Shown here: piece by piece, positions 62,201 through 64,000 of the stretch
Numbering within the stretch: position 1 is the first letter of the stretch
Layout: every line of letters starts with the position of its first letter
Assembly (NCBI GenBank): GCA_964386385.1
Contig: CAYLRN010000009.1
Coordinates: 28,488-92,487 of the forward strand
Source: an uncultured Lentisphaeraceae bacterium
Lineage (GTDB): Bacteria; Verrucomicrobiota; Kiritimatiellia; RFP12; UBA1067
Length of the DNA stretch: 64,000 bases
Direction: 5' to 3'
Notes under the pieces: model-generated
The model's input: the letters and a program-made list of their open reading frames with translations, nothing else
Told to the model about the DNA's origin: nothing
Database searches by the model: none
Position numbers and translations under genes: made by a program

Positions 62201-63168
62201 GCGATCTTGAAGCCGCCGTACTTCTTGACGAGGTCGCAGGCGGCCTTGAGTTCGGCGGGACTGCGCTCGTCTAGCGCGACGTAGACGTTCTCGAACCAGC
62301 CCTTCGCCTTCACGTGCGCGGCGAAGTCCTGGAGGAACGCGCGCCAGTAGTCGACGAACTCGGGCGAGCCGACGTCGAAGTCGCCGGAATGCAAGTTGCC
62401 CCTTTCGTCCTCCCAGTCGTAGCGTTTCAGCCGGAACGGGCAGAGCGTGTAGCAGTGGATCTGAGGGCCGAGGCCGCACGCCTGCGCGAAGGCGACGTAT
62501 TCGTCGAAGACGCGGTAGTCGAAGCGCCACGAGCCGTCGTCCCTGCGGACGTGCCGCACCATCGTGCCGTAGGCGTCGAAGCACTGATGCGCCCATGGGC
62601 GGTTCATGATCGTGGCGGTGATCGTCTTCTGCCCCATTTCGGCGAGCTGGCGCCAGAGGGGGCGCATTCGCGCGTAGTGCCCTTCGGAGAACGGCTCCAC
62701 CTGGTAATAGCGCGCGACTGCCCAGGGATGCTGCCAGAGGTCAAGGAACGTCCTGCGGTCGCGGCCGTCCGGGAACTGCCGGCCGCAGACGGCGAGGTCG
62801 TATCTTCTGGAGCCGAATCCGCTCTCCACGGCAAACGACGCGGGAACGTCCCCGGAGCGCGGCACGGCGATTTCGGCGACGACGCGCACCGATTCTCCTG
62901 GCTGCACGAGCGTGGAGCCGTTCCACACGACGCGGTCCGGGTATAGGACGTCGTCGTCGCCCTTGACGGGCATTGCCAGCCCAGTGCGCACGAGAGGGCT
63001 GGCGCATGACGGGCGTGAGAGCATTGCGGTGGAAGAGGCGTTCGTCGCGTCATGCCAGACGACGACCTTCTCTCCGCGCCATGCGTGGACGGTCTCGCCG
63101 GCCGCGGTCATTCCAAATGCAGCAGACAGCAGCGCCGCCGTCCACGTCGAGGTTTTTCCAAAACTCAT
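59242..63168 (-). CDS. Large secreted multidomain glycoside-hydrolase-like protein (DUF4091-like N-terminal region plus a C-terminal galactose-binding-like/GH-associated domain)
   Basis: Signal peptide. 1308 aa. C-terminal VFVNGVDCGLAWCAPWEMEVTRAVRAGDNELEIRYVN resembles the sugar-binding beta-sandwich domains of large glycoside hydrolases. Confidence 0.4.
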   Translation of the reverse strand: MSFGKTSTWTAALLSAAFGMTAAGETVHAWRGEKVVVWHDATNASSTAMLSRPSCASPLVRTGLAMPVKGDDDVLYPDRVVWNGSTLVQPGESVRVVAEIAVPRSGDVPASFAVESGFGSRRYDLAVCGRQFPDGRDRRTFLDLWQHPWAVARYYQVEPFSEGHYARMRPLWRQLAEMGQKTITATIMNRPWAHQCFDAYGTMVRHVRRDDGSWRFDYRVFDEYVAFAQACGLGPQIHCYTLCPFRLKRYDWEDERGNLHSGDFDVGSPEFVDYWRAFLQDFAAHVKAKGWFENVYVALDERSPAELKAACDLVKKYGGFKIAMAGDRPPSQFDGIEIDNFSIALQCVTPRYIAEAKSRRAQGRTTTMYVAGGNPCTGTAQPPIDCTWLGAYPGATDLDGFLRWAYCSWPANPNSDTTYSPWFGRWSAGGTYLVYPDGPSLRYLALRNGLNLSEKIHRLRAEGKIDDALAAVLREFDYKGAKAYPKPPVTEDLLRRASAEVHRASQIAETITAANLFETFANPPREARPWTYYFWTNTQTDRETITAEMADIARLGFGGTLITDSRGYWDDEDHVVNPPATIRWGSDEWFDVIAHVVREGARNDVKVSLNVAASGGHLRGDVDVGPDGPKFLKCRRYLPGDAFEKPDLPNYRDITVFAIRTKEPAVRTKWENAGDGFMSMEGNVGKAEDTAKFAVSAALEVRELASPADGAKLGANWTILRFGWATVKGREQDIDVLDRMAVRRHLDRAVRPIVERVPELVGADRTFVGLYNVSWEGTMPTWSATFEADFAADAGYAFRPKMPVLAGFRLDGVSADAFMRDMRRARGRMMVRHLYVAVREWAHEHGMIAYSESGGPWGQKRDPRTFGECDQFEFLDGNDFPQGEFWPVRENGTHPTTGHANANMRPFFRGIVEAAHRAGKRIASVEAFTHMHRHWTVDPAFLKPLGDIVFADGVNLIVWHTYSTSPKRFGAPGLEYFAGSHINRNVTWNRELPDFIHYLWRCQSLLQAGEWVDDGEFVPPTENYRGWGRFRKDEKAQFTTTHRRIGAADVFFVAGEGVGEHVFNAAANGRAVEIWDAVNVTRKAAQTLGETGGKTRIALDLPVGGSCFVVFTPNGGAKTPEFKAASEVEVKGPWNVSFAYHPAITTAPPKTVALETLVDWTSREDLRHFAGTATYRTAFTMGEVSGKRAFLRLGDVPTGLARVFVNGVDCGLAWCAPWEMEVTRAVRAGDNELEIRYVNNWHNRLVGDCALPEGERVTKSVVRYWNRPRTTPNPKQPWRIKPTVYSGPSVSDPLQKSGVLGPVRIAID

Positions 63169-63195
63169 TCCATTCTCCCTTCGTGTCGTGTTGCG

Positions 63196-63234
63196 GCAAG
63201 ACGCGGCGCCGTAGATGCCGGCGCCGCGTCCGCG
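63196..63234 (-). terminator. GC-rich hairpin (perfect 12-bp stem) immediately after the ribBA stop
   Basis: GACGCGGCGCCG (63200-63211), loop TAGATGC, CGGCGCCGCGTC (63219-63230). The downstream T-run is weak. Confidence 0.4.
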
Positions 63235-64000
63235 TCAGATGAGATGGCCCATCTTGTCCTTCTTCGTCTCAAGATACCGCCGGTCGTGCTCGTTCGCCGG
63301 CACGACGATCGGAACGCGCTCGACGATTTCGATTCCGTAGCCGGCGAGGCCGCGGATCTTGCATGGGTTGTTTGTGAGAAGGCGGATTTTCGAGAGGCCG
63401 AGGTCGACGAGTATCTGCGCGCCGACGCCGTAGTCGCGGAGGTCGGGGGCGAAGCCGAGCTTGACGTTCGCCTCCACGGTGTCCAGTCCCTTCTCCTGCC
63501 ACTTGTAGGCGTGGAGCTTGTTGGCGAGCCCGATGCCGCGGCCCTCCTGACGCATGTAGAGGACGAGGCCGCGCCCGGCCTTTTCGATCGTCTGCATGGC
63601 GCGGTGGAGCTGGTGTCCACAGTCGCACCGCTCGGAGGCGAGGACGTCGCCGGTGAAGCATTCGGAATGGACGCGGACGAGCGGCGGCTCGTCGCCGCGC
63701 AAATCGCCCTTGATGAGGGCGAGGTGTTCAAGGCCGTCGGGGACGCTGCGGTACATGCGGAGGCGGAAGTGTCCGTAGTCCGTCGGCAGGTCCACGTCCT
63801 CCACGCATTCGACCAGCTTCTCCGTCTTGCGGCGGTAGGCGATCAGGTCCGCGATGGAGACGTACTTCAAATGGTGCTTCCGCACGAACGCCTCGTGGTC
63901 GGGGCGGCGCGCCATCGTGCCGTCGTCGCGCATTATCTCGCAGCAGAGGCCGACTTCCTTCAGTCCGGCCAGGCGGCAGAGGTCGACAGTCGCCTCGGTG
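63235..64000 (-). CDS. ribBA: Bifunctional 3,4-dihydroxy-2-butanone-4-phosphate synthase / GTP cyclohydrolase II (GTP cyclohydrolase II half plus linker present; 5' end lies beyond the window)
   Basis: VRVHSECFTGDVLASERCDCGHQL...RQEGRGIGLANKLHAYKWQEKGLDTVEAN matches RibA. Confidence 0.8.
   Translation of the reverse strand, partial: TEATVDLCRLAGLKEVGLCCEIMRDDGTMARRPDHEAFVRKHHLKYVSIADLIAYRRKTEKLVECVEDVDLPTDYGHFRLRMYRSVPDGLEHLALIKGDLRGDEPPLVRVHSECFTGDVLASERCDCGHQLHRAMQTIEKAGRGLVLYMRQEGRGIGLANKLHAYKWQEKGLDTVEANVKLGFAPDLRDYGVGAQILVDLGLSKIRLLTNNPCKIRGLAGYGIEIVERVPIVVPANEHDRRYLETKKDKMGHLI

Overview
This is a high-GC (roughly two-thirds G+C) bacterial chromosomal segment that is dense with carbohydrate-active enzymes and large secreted proteins. 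The taxonomic affinity is inferred only from gene content (PATR-repeat adhesin-like proteins, a V-type ATPase D-I-K block, pyruvate phosphate dikinase and prenyltransferase-repeat proteins), which suggests a bacterium of the Planctomycetes-Verrucomicrobia-Chlamydiae group or a Lentisphaerae-like organism.

Features from left to right:
- A 5'-truncated giant LamG-repeat protein, then an intergenic array of GC-rich palindromic repeats and a tRNA-Ala(CGC).
- A giant PATR/PA14/lectin protein, a lipoprotein, a prenyltransferase-repeat membrane protein and an FGE-sulfatase-domain protein.
- A low-GC islet carrying a DinJ/RelB-PIN toxin-antitoxin pair, then a scar containing a decayed RhuM-like gene and a C5-methyltransferase motif-IV fragment.
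- A V-type ATPase D-I-K block with its own consensus promoter and terminator, followed by ppdK, an NSS-family transporter, a DoxX-Tat fusion protein, an orphan C5-methyltransferase, a GH26-like protein and an acidic hypothetical protein.
- Copy 1 of a duplicated AAA-ATPase-like/PD-(D/E)xK gene.
- A ~5.4 kb low-GC island holding an AAA_14/DUF4143 ATPase and a controller - methylase - endonuclease - methylase restriction-modification operon.
- A convergent GT39-GT2-response regulator-histidine kinase module.
- A pectin/hexuronate cluster (UxaB-like, SGNH-GH28 fusion, GH27, a beta-helix protein), an orphan ABC ATPase, uvrC and tatA.
- Copy 2 of the AAA-ATPase-like gene, then secA, a His-rich lipoprotein, potABC, a phosphoesterase remnant, a 1308-aa multidomain glycoside-hydrolase-like protein and partial ribBA.

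No integrase, transposase, reverse transcriptase, CRISPR array or rRNA was seen. The most distinctive signals are:
- Several families of intergenic repeats (REP-like GC palindromes plus an AT-rich TTAAGTGG motif), which in places supply stop codons to neighbouring genes.
- A 1.9-kb direct gene duplication bracketing ~21 kb.
- The foreign restriction-modification island.
- The apparently decapitated V-ATPase operon.
- Near-consensus AT-rich sigma70-type promoters, some placed so close to the ATG that leaderless mRNAs are likely.

All calls are from reading the sequence and ORF translations by eye; no database search was run.
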